Below, in pieces: positions 20,401-31,300 of a DNA stretch of 64,000 bases (the first letter of the stretch is position 1; each line of letters opens with the position of its first letter). The position numbers and the translations under genes are program-made. A model generated the notes under the pieces. It saw only the letters and a list, made by a program, of their open reading frames with translations, ran no database searches and was not told where the DNA came from. Source of the DNA: Minutocellus sp. GHC0000111 (lineage: Eukaryota); contig OZ361260.1 in assembly GCA_977018835.1 (NCBI GenBank), forward strand, positions 806,001 to 870,000. The letters run 5' to 3'.

Positions 20401-21008
20401 TTTACGGTCAGGCGCAGCAAGTCCAGCAGAATTATGCTCACTCGCAAGCCGCCATGGCCGCTTACCAGGCCCATGCTTCTGCGGCCGGTGCGGCACGAGC
20501 TCCGGCGGCTCCTGCCAACTACTACGGTTACGGATATCCGCAGCAGCAGCAACAGCAGTACGTTCCTACTCAGCAGACGTCAAGACCAGGAATGCCGACT
20601 GCGCCCACTGGTACCATGGCCATGGCTGCTGCTGCCGGTGCAGCAGCGACGGCACCTACGGCTGCTGCTGCTGTTCAGCAACCGCCGCAGCAGCAACAGG
20701 CCCCGACCCAGGTTGCTCAGCAGGCCTTGGCGGCATATCAGGCTCAGCAGCCGCAGGCGCAAATCGCTGCACCAGCAGGTGCAGCGGCAGCGGCTTCCTC
20801 GACGAACAGTGTCACCCATCAACAGAGGTATTCGCAAGAGGCCATCAGAAATCGCACATACGGCGATGGTAGCGTTGCGCCGGCTGTCCCTCCCAAACGG
20901 GACGACAACGGTCTCTTCCAGCGACCCTCTGGCAGGTCAAGGAAAGGAATGGACTGGGACGCCGTGCACGGAGTTTGGCGCCCATCCCTAGGCGGTGATG
21001 TGAGCTAA
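17406..21008 (+). CDS. 1200-aa hypothetical nuclear coiled-coil/low-complexity protein with C-terminal RPxGRxRKGxxWDxxxGxW motif
   Basis: Long ORF with strong GC3 bias; acidic tracts, coiled coils, A/Q/Y-rich tail, terminal FQRPSGRSRKGMDWDAVHGVWRP. Confidence 0.8.
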   Translation: MPRGGRSSRSPTASGSGSGGGGSMLTRKPATHPDENTPQHKANLVRNLGRNDAEIAAIVRCNRSLRTLRDEIRQRHGEETLLDVGEGTIRLKTGELGGTACPTVVRMVPGVIVDADGYRKLIEDRMAEVMKERALRQADGNAGSDDADDANADDEANAAKQSDAADGDGATVINTIPPDEVPLDDPDHESDPTNPRTRTNLIRAFLLRLHLRRRLLNLLFRRMNRLARAMDGESAISSGLNGPTPPRYGDFRFLLDETQDEFRQFEAQFQKKVEARRNVEERRALRRNKELGLVKGDDDDDDGSAEDEVMADADTAEAKPEEVDGPTSSSSSPSDATIAKLILPQEDIDDLNVLMETDVGRDKMVTYQDLTKPLQALGGGGSGSPNKSKTPAAAKKSTPSSKMDAAVEKETAANTEAVAADIDAEATAEDADRAGQAEAGTKTEGPPSAIEVKAEATEENNGVANDGTSDTPAVKADDKKADDEEEELPPLPELVPGKIRKIVTLPLASSDPGPEERDFASAKFTAAGGGGIGAFNRSMNSREREVEFNRWKTDVLAKVPEQPTFAELGLENRVFGLEARRKKAAEAAAAAAAANGGDKMEDDDDDKAADDDDAMDVDDEGKSRKRSADDADEGNEEEEENEGDDNGADKSKEEAGKEKIKRPDIFKKKKLISLAAAPSFHMQDQHRVREVHKELLVRSRYEKTQKMVDEANAAYNKAYAVSTEVHNRKNQQTNELNMQSARVRMVENSANATHQATTNAQRALWQKAYEQWCSRRMKAGLAVPPMPIEQQAPATAAASQNGNTAATPTSGADTRPSAVNGTPLTAAKSSDSAATEEEREAASALGAVVDKVAKEEGGEKKEPVYNDPSVLENVPAEAENFPAFTVPPMNADLAAALAKERQKEAALRKQVTEDTVKLNAAEEERKKAWRQMLKLKGELQTAQAGGSAGSGSRSQRRRPPASRRAPAPAPAAATYRAPAPAARAPAAAATTAYAGHSAVYGQAQQVQQNYAHSQAAMAAYQAHASAAGAARAPAAPANYYGYGYPQQQQQQYVPTQQTSRPGMPTAPTGTMAMAAAAGAAATAPTAAAAVQQPPQQQQAPTQVAQQALAAYQAQQPQAQIAAPAGAAAAASSTNSVTHQQRYSQEAIRNRTYGDGSVAPAVPPKRDDNGLFQRPSGRSRKGMDWDAVHGVWRPSLGGDVS

Positions 21009-21200
21009 TGCAGTTTTCTCATTGGATTGTGAGTACTTTCTTGTGGGTCAAGAGAGGAACCAAATCGTGTGAATTTGGTGGGAGATGCAATCAAGGAAAT
21101 ATGGAGTGGCATCGCGCGATGGATAGTGGTAAAACAGTTTAAGACAAAGCAAATTGCTGAAAAAAGCAGCGAGCTTCGTGGCTTATTTTATGCACACCGC

Positions 21201-24200
21201 CTACGCCTCCGTTGCCATGGCAAACACTGTGGAGCTGTAGGCTCCGGAGCCCATCTTATTTCTAGCCAATACTCGAACGTAGTAAATGCGGCCGGGGATG
21301 AGACCCTCAACTGTCGTTGCCAGTTGGTTGGTTGTCTTTCGAATGCTACCGTGGTGGAATCCTTCCTCTTGGTTCAGTTCCACCTCGTACTCCTGAACGG
21401 CGCTGCCCCCGTTGGAAGCTGAGAGACTGGAACCATAGGGCGTTGGACAGGGTGCAGGATCATTCTCTGTGCCGCTGCAGGGTATGGAGTGGTGAGGAAA
21501 AACGGGATGGAGCCACGATATGTCAATCGATCCGACCAAGGACCCGGACGTTGCAGTCGGCGAGTAGGGCTTGCCTGGTACTTGGTTGGCAGGGATGACA
21601 TGGCTTGGGTTGGCAACGCGAGACATTCCTACCCCGGCACTGTTGATGGCCCCGACACGAACGTAGTACGCCTTTCGTTTGTTGAGCAATTCAATCGTAA
21701 AAGATTCATTGGACGCATCAATGTCCCTGTAGCCCTTGTTGGGTGGCATGGCGTAGGAGATGAAGTCTTCTCGTTCGTCCCATTCGACGCGATACTTGGT
21801 GATGGAATCACCACCGTCGCTCATGGGCGGTGACCATCCGACCGTCACCATGGTTTCGCTCGTTGATGCGAGTACAATCGACCTGGGAGGGTCTGGAGTA
21901 CGATGAGGATTGAGGCTGGGAGGAGTACTGGACTGCCATTGGCCCTGGCCCATTTCATTCACAGCACTCACCCGTACGTAGTAGTTTGTGCCAGGGGAAA
22001 GGCCTTCAATCGTCTTGTAAAATGGTGCTCCTCCGGAGAGATATTCCACCGACGAAGTCTCGGCATTGCTAAAGTCGCTCGAGGTGCTCCACTGCACCAT
22101 GTATTGGATAATCCCAGCCCCTCCATTGTCACTGGGTGGGGCAAACATGACAATAAGTTCTGTGTCAGATGCAACATCCAACGACACGCTCGTCGGGGGT
22201 CCAGGAATCACCATCGGAGCCTGAGGCTCGGATGCAATCGCCGGCAACGAATACCCTTCGGAATTGACCTCCAAGACACGGGCGTGGTACGCCAAGCCCT
22301 TTACCAGTCCGCCCAGACTTGGAACGGTCAAGGTGCCGTGACAAGCCTCGTATGACTCTCCTCGAGTCAAGAGTCTAGCCGATACGCTGGCCGAGCCAAC
22401 GTCGTTGGCTGTGGTGAGTGATGCCGTTCCCAGGCTGATATCAAAGTCGCTGCCTGAAGGTAGGGCATCGTCCAAAAAGGTAATCCTCCAAACGAAGGTG
22501 TTGCTGTCGCTGGGCCCATCGCGATCAACGAGGACACCAGCTGTAATGGCGTGCGTCAGGTCTTGTAACTTGCTTTGCATACTACCACTTTGCTTCTCGC
22601 TTTCCTCAGAGCAAAGCATTGCATCGATTTGGCAATGGATTCGTGATGACAGAGGATCCCCCCGGCCGCCATAGTGGCGAGTCGTTGCCGCTTGAAGCCC
22701 GTCGATGCCTACAAAGGGTTCCGTGAGGATAATGAGGTTGGTTGCCACGGATTGGACTTGGTAATACTTGAAGGGCGCCGATTGGCCACTGAACCGTACG
22801 CGATCGCCCTCAAATACTATGGTCTCGACGTCCGTTGCAGGCACGGTGAGCACGGTAGCACTGCCACTTGTGGTGGAAAATATAGCCGGCAATTCATCGA
22901 TTGTGCCCGTTTCGTTGTACTGCAGAGCTGGTGCATCGTAGGGTATGTCAGATGTAATGTAATTGTAGCCGTTGACCTGAACGTTGAGTGTGAAGGACCC
23001 ACCCGAAACGACGCCCTCTTCTGCCGTGGTCGTTTCGACTCTCCACACCGTACGTTTGTTGTTGTTGGGACAGGTGAATTCCTCCACTATTGGGTTGTCA
23101 AATGAGGGCGATGGATCCAACTCCACGCGGTAGCGCAATATGTCGTCGCCGCCGTCGCTGACTGGCGGACTAAAGCTCACCTTGACGCTATCACTGTACC
23201 CATTATTGACGTCCAGTGTCACATCAGAGGGCCTTACGGGTATTTGAATCGGTGGAATTATAGACGATGGCGAAGGAATCATTCGAGGACCGTAGCCATG
23301 CTTTTCATTTCTTGCCGAAACAGCAACTGCATACTCCTCTCCTGGAGTCAGATTGGAAATTGTATAGGAGTGAACTGATGCATCCAGCTCCTCGATCGAT
23401 CCATAATTAACGGGCTCTTCTCCTGGAATAGCTGCCGAATCTTTTACATCAAAAGCGTTGACGGAGTTGTCTCCATCAAAGACTCTTACCCTGGCCTGAT
23501 TAGGAGATGGCGACGTCGTTGTTGTGAGATGGGCATCGTCCACCAATAATCGGTCCACATTGCCAACGTTCGACACAAAAGTTATTTCGTAGTGATGGAG
23601 CAGATGTGTACCCGATGGATCGTCTGTGCCTGTAGTCGCCTCTTGAATAACGCTGTCGTTCTGAACAACAATGACGTCGCCCACGGTCGATAACTGTTCC
23701 AGAGCCAACTCCAATTCCGAAGCTTCTGCGTGAGCTGAAATGTATGGGGTGTACTCGGATCCTGCAAATTTAAGCCTGTAGAAGCCCCCGACGTGGTCGA
23801 CACTCGAAACAGATCCAGATCCCACCACTTGGAGATATTGCACCTCGCTCTGTCCCATGGCCCTTTGGCCATCCTGCGTAGTTGCGACTGTAATCGTTGG
23901 TGACCCGGCATCTCCATTTGCCGACACACTGCCCACTAGAGCAACAATGTCGCCATCATTAGTGTCTCGATCGGGATGGTTGCCAAAGGTTACGTGCCAT
24001 GCATAGCCATTGGTCAACGTCGAACGAGACACATGCACGTCCTGCAAAAGGTTGGGATCTTCGGTCTCGCTCCAACCCAGATTGATGAGCTCACGTCGGA
24101 CCAGGTCGGCTGGTGCATCCCATGGCAACATGGCCGTCTCCTTCTTCATCTCGGGCGTAGGACTGTAGCTTAAACTAAACTTGGTATTGGAAAGACCAAA

Positions 24201-24635
24201 TGTCGAATACTGCAGCTTGATGACTTGGACCTCGGGTGCCTTGCATGAGATACAGTACCATTCCGCCTTGTATCCCGAAACAGAAGGAGCGGTGGAAGGT
24301 GCATCCCAAGTGACGGTAGCTTCTGTGATGGGGAGAGGCGAATGAGAAAGTGTAGCGAGATAGCCATTCGACGGTGCGTTGGGTGGACCAGATGGTGAAA
24401 TGGGAGTGGCTACAATGGAATTTCCGACGCCGACTCCATTCCTTGCGGCTATTGAAATTGTATAATCGTTGTCTGGTAACAAGGCTTCGTCATCGATGAG
24501 GTTGTACACGTATCTACCATCAGGTAGTCTGTCCAATTGGTCTACTGATACCTCGATTGACTTGGCCGAAGCCGAAGTTACTACTAGTAGAGCGAAGAGA
24601 AGCAGAAGGCCGAGCAGAACGATGAATGGTGGCAT
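21201..24635 (-). CDS. Giant FN3 cluster gene D (~1140 aa): secreted FN3/EVQ-repeat protein starting with a half FN3 domain
   Basis: Signal peptide MPPFIVLLGLLLLFALLVVTSASA; multiple FN3 repeats (PP.SDGG..I..Y.VEW ... L.PG..YYVRV.A.N..G); open frame; no TM or GPI-like tail. Confidence 0.8.
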   Translation of the reverse strand: MPPFIVLLGLLLLFALLVVTSASAKSIEVSVDQLDRLPDGRYVYNLIDDEALLPDNDYTISIAARNGVGVGNSIVATPISPSGPPNAPSNGYLATLSHSPLPITEATVTWDAPSTAPSVSGYKAEWYCISCKAPEVQVIKLQYSTFGLSNTKFSLSYSPTPEMKKETAMLPWDAPADLVRRELINLGWSETEDPNLLQDVHVSRSTLTNGYAWHVTFGNHPDRDTNDGDIVALVGSVSANGDAGSPTITVATTQDGQRAMGQSEVQYLQVVGSGSVSSVDHVGGFYRLKFAGSEYTPYISAHAEASELELALEQLSTVGDVIVVQNDSVIQEATTGTDDPSGTHLLHHYEITFVSNVGNVDRLLVDDAHLTTTTSPSPNQARVRVFDGDNSVNAFDVKDSAAIPGEEPVNYGSIEELDASVHSYTISNLTPGEEYAVAVSARNEKHGYGPRMIPSPSSIIPPIQIPVRPSDVTLDVNNGYSDSVKVSFSPPVSDGGDDILRYRVELDPSPSFDNPIVEEFTCPNNNKRTVWRVETTTAEEGVVSGGSFTLNVQVNGYNYITSDIPYDAPALQYNETGTIDELPAIFSTTSGSATVLTVPATDVETIVFEGDRVRFSGQSAPFKYYQVQSVATNLIILTEPFVGIDGLQAATTRHYGGRGDPLSSRIHCQIDAMLCSEESEKQSGSMQSKLQDLTHAITAGVLVDRDGPSDSNTFVWRITFLDDALPSGSDFDISLGTASLTTANDVGSASVSARLLTRGESYEACHGTLTVPSLGGLVKGLAYHARVLEVNSEGYSLPAIASEPQAPMVIPGPPTSVSLDVASDTELIVMFAPPSDNGGAGIIQYMVQWSTSSDFSNAETSSVEYLSGGAPFYKTIEGLSPGTNYYVRVSAVNEMGQGQWQSSTPPSLNPHRTPDPPRSIVLASTSETMVTVGWSPPMSDGGDSITKYRVEWDEREDFISYAMPPNKGYRDIDASNESFTIELLNKRKAYYVRVGAINSAGVGMSRVANPSHVIPANQVPGKPYSPTATSGSLVGSIDISWLHPVFPHHSIPCSGTENDPAPCPTPYGSSLSASNGGSAVQEYEVELNQEEGFHHGSIRKTTNQLATTVEGLIPGRIYYVRVLARNKMGSGAYSSTVFAMATEA

Positions 24636-25366
24636 AAGGCATGGATAGTTGATAGTTTGGGCGTGCGTGTGGAGTTGGGCGGGGTGCTGCTTGGATGGAG
24701 TGAGCGAGGAGGATTGCGTGGATGGATGGAGGTTGAGTACGGAAGAATCGCAAGGCTGAGGATGTAGGTACATGTAGGGGCGTCAGATCTGTCAGACGAC
24801 ATTTCATATTTGTGTCTCATATTAATATCGATGCGGAATGAAATGAATTAGTTATGCTGTGTAGATTCTTGAAGAAGCAATCGCAGTGTACGTAACTAGA
24901 AGTGATGAATTACTGGCTCTCTAGCTACGAAGCGATATCTGTCTGTAACTTGGGTGGAGGGTAGGCCCTGTCTACGTCTAAGTCTAAGTCTAAGTGTGTT
25001 TATATTTACAGTGGCAACTCCACGATCCTAGTATTGGATAATCGCCGCTGGGGAGCAGATTCCACTAGCACGTCCTTTCCACCGGTTCCGGGGGCCCACT
25101 TCTGCGGCTGGCCGGGGCAGATGTTCAGTGCTCCCATTTGTACGGGCCCTGTATGGGAGGTGGATTGTTGATTGATATTTGCTTTCCCCTTGTTCTCGAA
25201 AAAAATGCTCCACTGACTTCTAGACTGCAATTACGACGTATTTATGTCATTTTCTACGCACCACCGGGCTGGCCGGGCATCGCTGAATCCTTCTACCTCA
25301 TGCCGACATCCGCTACGCCTGCGGTTCCCGACAATTTATGCATGTATGCTTGCCTGCAAAATCTCG

Positions 25367-28300
25367 TCACCACGATATCACAAACGTCTCAATCTCGCTT
25401 CCACCATCTCTGCTTGGGGGGTCGATGATCAATTGCAGCCCATTTCTCGACCACGCGGACACATGCAAACCCTCTGATGCGTTTGGTGCAATACCAACCG
25501 GGCTTGCGGATAACGGAATACTCCACTTTCTGTTCCCCTGCTCTTGCACTTCGTTGACTACCGCAACTCTCACGTAGTACTGCGTTCCAGCGTCTAGACC
25601 ACAAATGAGCAGCTGACATGGTGAAACATCGCAGGATACGCTTGTGCTGGCCACTGAAGAAGGGAATTCTTGGACCAAATCGTATTGGATCAGATAAGAA
25701 GAGATCCTGCCGCTATCAAGCGGAGCAGAGAAGAACAGTTCCAAGCAGTCTCCCGAAATAACGTCTAGTCTCATGTTGGTAGGAGCCGACGGCACAGCCA
25801 TGGCCGTGCCTGTAGCAGTGCTCCAATTGCTGGGACCTCGCTCATTCGTTACTCTTGCTCGGATGTTGTACTCCTTCCAAGGCAAAAGGTTTGCAATGTA
25901 GAGACATTTCAAGCAGTCCAGAAGTCTGATTTCAATAGATGCATCTCTCGGGTACAAATTGTTGCTTCCGCTGCTGCCGCTGACAGTTCCGCCGCCCCCG
26001 CCGACAACAAGAGGTTTCACCGTTGCTCCGACGACGGAATGAAACGTAATGATCCATCCACCGCCGCCGTCGCGGCCGTCATCGTCGTTCGTGACGACTC
26101 CCACAGTATTGACGGAATTCAATTTCTCGAGGGCCCTCTTCATTTGCTTTTCGTTGGCATTGACAGGTATATCATCGGTCAACTCGTTGTCGTAGGATAG
26201 TCGGAAGGAACCGCTCAAGACGGCCACGCCATCATTGCCGTTTCGAATGCTAACAATTTGAACGGAATAATCTGCACCAAGTTGAATGTTGCTTGTGTCG
26301 CCGATGAATTCCTCGTGTAGGTCAGCCTGGATATTTGTGCTGGTGATTGGAGAACCAGAAGAGTGATTTGGCATCTCATAACTAATGACCAGGGCATCTC
26401 CCCGAGCGGTGCTACCCTTTCTTTCCTCGCGGACGGTAACTACGGCACCAACTCCAGATAGTTGCGATGAGTCGGCATGCAAAAGTGGTCGGTCACCTCC
26501 AACAGAATCGCTGTCATTGTCCACAAAAGTAACCCGAAAGGACCTACCACCTTCCGAATCCATTGAAGAGTTGTCTTTGGAGATTTCCACTTCACCGACG
26601 CCCAGGTCGCTCTCCAGAATAAAACCCTTGAGTGTATCAGCATCTGCATCAAAGGGAATGGGTTCTGTTGTGGCGTCGCCACCATACGAGAGGGTAAATG
26701 TCCCTCCGATCTCGTTACCCTTAGTAATTTCTCGTACTTGAATGGCCGCATCTTTGCCCTGCAGGGAGGAGTACACAGCCAGCTCATAGACATCTCCACA
26801 ACTCCCACCACCAACTCCTCCAGCAGAGTGGAGAGAAAGGTAACGTCCCAGGAATAGCCCTCCTGGCCATCTGGTTCCGATCTTGTCACGCTGACATTGT
26901 CAATTCCGTTCATTCCTTCAATTGCAGCCTCCACTTGGGCCGCAGATGCGTCGTGTGGGATAGGCTCTGACGAATCCACATAAAAATATCCACCGAGGGC
27001 ATTTCCATCCATTACCGTCTGTGCCGTGCACGTTGCTGTCTCGAGAAGCAGGAGATCTTCATCGCCGTTACAGACAAGTCCGGGGACATTTCCATTGTCT
27101 TCCCCAAATGTTAGCGTGTAGGTGACACCTTTTTCGTCGTCCTCTAGACTTTGAGCCACCAATATGTTGCTGGAGTCAAAATGCATGGGCATTGCGTCCA
27201 GGAGAGAGCTGGCAACGTCATGAATACTTAGATCCGATGCCACTGCCGAAAGGGTACTCGGGCCGCCCCGATAGGTAGATTCAATTGTAACTCTAGCTTC
27301 GGCATCGTCAATGGATTCAAAGTCGGTAAGGACATTGTCCTTGAAAGCTTTGAAGGAATTGCACGACGACGAAGCGCCGATAATCACATCAAAGTTGCTG
27401 CCTTGGGTGGGGTCGAATCCAGCAAACGCATTCGACCCATCAGTGTGCATTGCATGGCCATCAAAGTAGATGTTGAATCGGCGTTGGAAGGTGGAGGGTT
27501 CCAATGAGTTGTTGTCATTGTCAGCTACAGCGACGATGGTATCATCCAAATCAACCAGAACAGAGTCAATGTTCTCCAGGGCCTCGAGAGCTTGTTCAAT
27601 CTTCTGCGCACTAGCATCCCAATCGATGCAACTGGTGATTTGAACACCGCCGAGGTAGTTGACGCTGAGTTGGTAGGAACCCTCAACGATATCGACACCA
27701 CCAGTGGATTCAATCAAAATCTGTGTCCGGGCAGTATCAGTCCCGACAGCGAGAGAATCATTGTTGGTTGCAATTTGTACGCGCGCGTCATTGGAAGGAG
27801 AATCGAATGCCTCACAAGACAACGTGTCCCATACCAGTTCGCCAATATTACCTCGAAAGGCAGAACCAATAAATTCAATCTCATGGGAATACCCAAACTT
27901 CGAGGAATAGGACGCATCTCCTGATCGTGCAACTCGCCACAGCTCCATTTCCGAGAGGATTCACTGTTGATGCTTCTGTTTCGAGAGCAGCCTGCACCGT
28001 CTCGGCCGATGCTGACCAAGGAATACACGCCGTTGTCATGGTCTGCGTTACAATCTGCCCGGTACCGGTACCACCCAAGGCAGTGGATGCGATGGGGTCG
28101 ACGTATTGCAAAGTCAATGCGTAAGCACCGGCTGCAATCGGGCTCGACGATGAGATTTGAATCGTTTGCTTCTCGGGGATCCTCAGGGAAAACGCCGCAC
28201 CAGTAATGGTGTTTTGCTGCTGTCACCTGGTATTGCTGCCACTACAACCTCTTGTACCTCGGGCATCGGAGAGGCGCTGGTTGTGATGCGTTGAACTTCG

Positions 28301-31300
28301 GGGATGTGAGTTGCAGCCAGAGTGATGGACTGAACCTCATCGACCTGCAAAGCATGGCCGACGGAGAGATTTGTAGGAGGCGGTGGCACGTCACTTGGTA
28401 TCGCCATGTCGCTGCTGCTGGATAGACCATCACCAACGTCGGATGAGGCTGTGATCCGAGCGAAATGCGGTACTCCCGTTTTGAGGGGATTCAATGCAAT
28501 GCTCGTTGGGTTGACTCCAGTCAAAACATTGTCGAATACTCGTGCATCAGCCGACTGCGGAAGCGATCCCATTGAGATTTCCATTGATGGAACATCGCCC
28601 AAATATTCGTCAAAGGTGGCAGTCCACAGAGTTCCAGTGACGCGGTAAAGTGCCAGATCTTGCGCACTGCTACCGTGCCATCTGCTACTGGAATCAAGGC
28701 CAACGTGTGGGAGCGAAGACGACACTTGTTGAGATTCAAAAGGGCCAACAAGAGGTCCCAGAGGAAGCTGCGATGACGTGTAAGCCATGGACGCAGATCC
28801 ATTCCGAATCGTTTTCACTTGTGCCGATTCACCTCCAGCGGGTATAAATGGCGTGCAATCCGAGTTGGCAGTATCGATCGTCAATTCTGGAACGTCTCCT
28901 CCATTTGTCGCCGCCATTGCCTCTCCATTGAAGTAAATGGTAAAGATAAATCCGTTCGGAGCTTGGACTGGATCGACGGCTCTTGTTACAGTAACACAAT
29001 GGTTGTTGCCGCTATTGTTGCCGCTGATGCTGCCGCTGATACCATCGCTGGAACTGGAAGAGCAAAGTCCCGAAAGAGCGCCCAGTGCTTCCTCCACTTG
29101 AGATTCTGTGCTCTGGTAGGAAAGACAGCCAGTCTCTTCAACACCATCATAAATCAATTTGAAGGAAGGATCGGCAAGTGCTGCATCTCCACCCCAGATG
29201 GCTCCATTATTCGCGTCCTTGACGATGACTTGTTGCACTTCGAATGTGTCCTCGTGGACGGTGTAGATTGGAGGCAAGAGATGGACTGGTGTCTCGTCGA
29301 CCTCATCCTGTGGCTCAATGACACGGTCCAGAACAACATTTCTTGTTGTCTCACCGCTAATCTCGCCGACGCCACCATTTTTCATCGTGGACACGGCAAT
29401 GTTGCGATTCATTCCACCCTGAACATTGGTAATATCGGCCTCGCACGTGCCATCACCAAAGACGGAAACCTCCATATCGGGAACATCGGACCAACCCGAA
29501 CCAGTGAAGTAAATGTCGTAGATGTATTCGTCGACTCCAGGACGAAGGACGGATATGTCAACGTGCGGTATGCCGCCATCTACAATCGAGATGGATGCCA
29601 TTTCGGCGACAGAGATACCAACAAACGGCTCGTCGAGCGTCAGCATCATTCCATCCTCACTGACTTCCTGGATAGTGTACGTCTTGGTGATACTGGACGA
29701 TGCATCAATCCTGACCCGACTACCGGCCTGAATGTGGCCGGCGAGATAATCCAAGCTGGAGACGCTATCACTGCCGGTGGTCACAGTAATCCGACTACTG
29801 ACCAATGTCTCTTCACCCCCGGCATCGGAGCATCCGCCATCATCGCCAATGAGTCCTCCGGCGGCAATTTCGATAGTGGGTGCTCCACTGCCCAGGACAG
29901 TACTTACACCATTGCCGCTGTTGGACGATCCCCTGCTTTCCAGCCGATAGGAAAAGCCAAAGCCTGACTCGATGCTGCCATCGCCCTGCCGCGTCACGAC
30001 AATGTGCCCGTCATCGCCTTCATCAATGACGCCATCGAGGTTGTAATCAAACAATCCATCCAGCTCCGATTGGATGGTATCTGCAGATGCCCCGTACTGG
30101 ATACAGGAGGTCGTTTCCTCAATGCCTTGATGTGTCAAGCGAAGTTTGAACAAACCCCTGTCGCCTGGTGCAGCAACGACGGCGGAGTCGGAATACATTG
30201 TGATTGCAGTAATCTCGGTGGAGCTACCGCCACGAGAGGACGAGAATGACGACGACGATTCGATAATCGATGCATCCTTTTCGACGGCAATGACTTCACC
30301 AATGGCAGCGCTGCAGCCTTGGGGAGCTTGCATGTGAAAGGACAATCCGTCTTCCCGAACAAAACCAGCCACCCGACCTCGACAAGAGTCGCCGACATTG
30401 ACCATATCGCCCATCAAGATGGTTCCTTGGACAAAGGACGATGCCTGGATCTGGTACAGATGCGGTGTACCATTTCCATCGTAAAACGAAGCAATTCCAC
30501 CGGCACCGACTGTGAATACGGCGCGCGAAAAGGCACCATTCAAAACATTGGCCAATTCTAGCGATGGTGCTCCCCACTCGATACACGGCGAGGTGACGGA
30601 ACTACTATAGTCGTCGTCATAAAAAGTAATCCTGTAGGCTGGAACAGGTGCGGTAACACCCGCATCGGCCGCCAGAGTGATGCGCTGGTGTTCAACACTG
30701 CCGCCGTCGCGGATGGTATTCACAGTGACGTGTGAGTTGGTATCATCAACACCAGTGGGCAAACCCAGGGAGCAATCAATCGCAACAATCTCGGGCAAAT
30801 CACCCAATCTCAAAAGATTTTCCCCAATGAAATAGATGCGGTACAGGTGGGCATCACCCAACGTCCCTGTGGGAGAATCCGACCTGGAAACCACGACATC
30901 GCCCTCTTGGAAGAATGATAGCTCTTCGAGAGCATGTTGCACGTCAGAGGCCGAGGCATCAAACTTGAGACAAGAAGACGAAGATTCCGTCACATCTTCA
31001 ATCGTTGCTTGGAGATGATAAAAGTAGTCATCGGCCTGACCATTTGCTCTGGCGACCGCAAGGCTTTGTACTTCGATCGAATTTCGGACAATGTTGTACA
31101 CACTCCCTCGCACTCGGAAGTGTTCTCCGACATAAAGATTGAGTTGCGACTCAGAGGACGTGGACGATGCCGTTGACGTGGACGTGGACGATGAAAGATT
31201 TATAACGGGTGAATTGGCAGTAAGCCGAGCCGAGCCAATCTCAATGGCTCCATCGGGATCGTCATCGGTACCACCATCGCCGAAGCCAGCAACACGAAAT

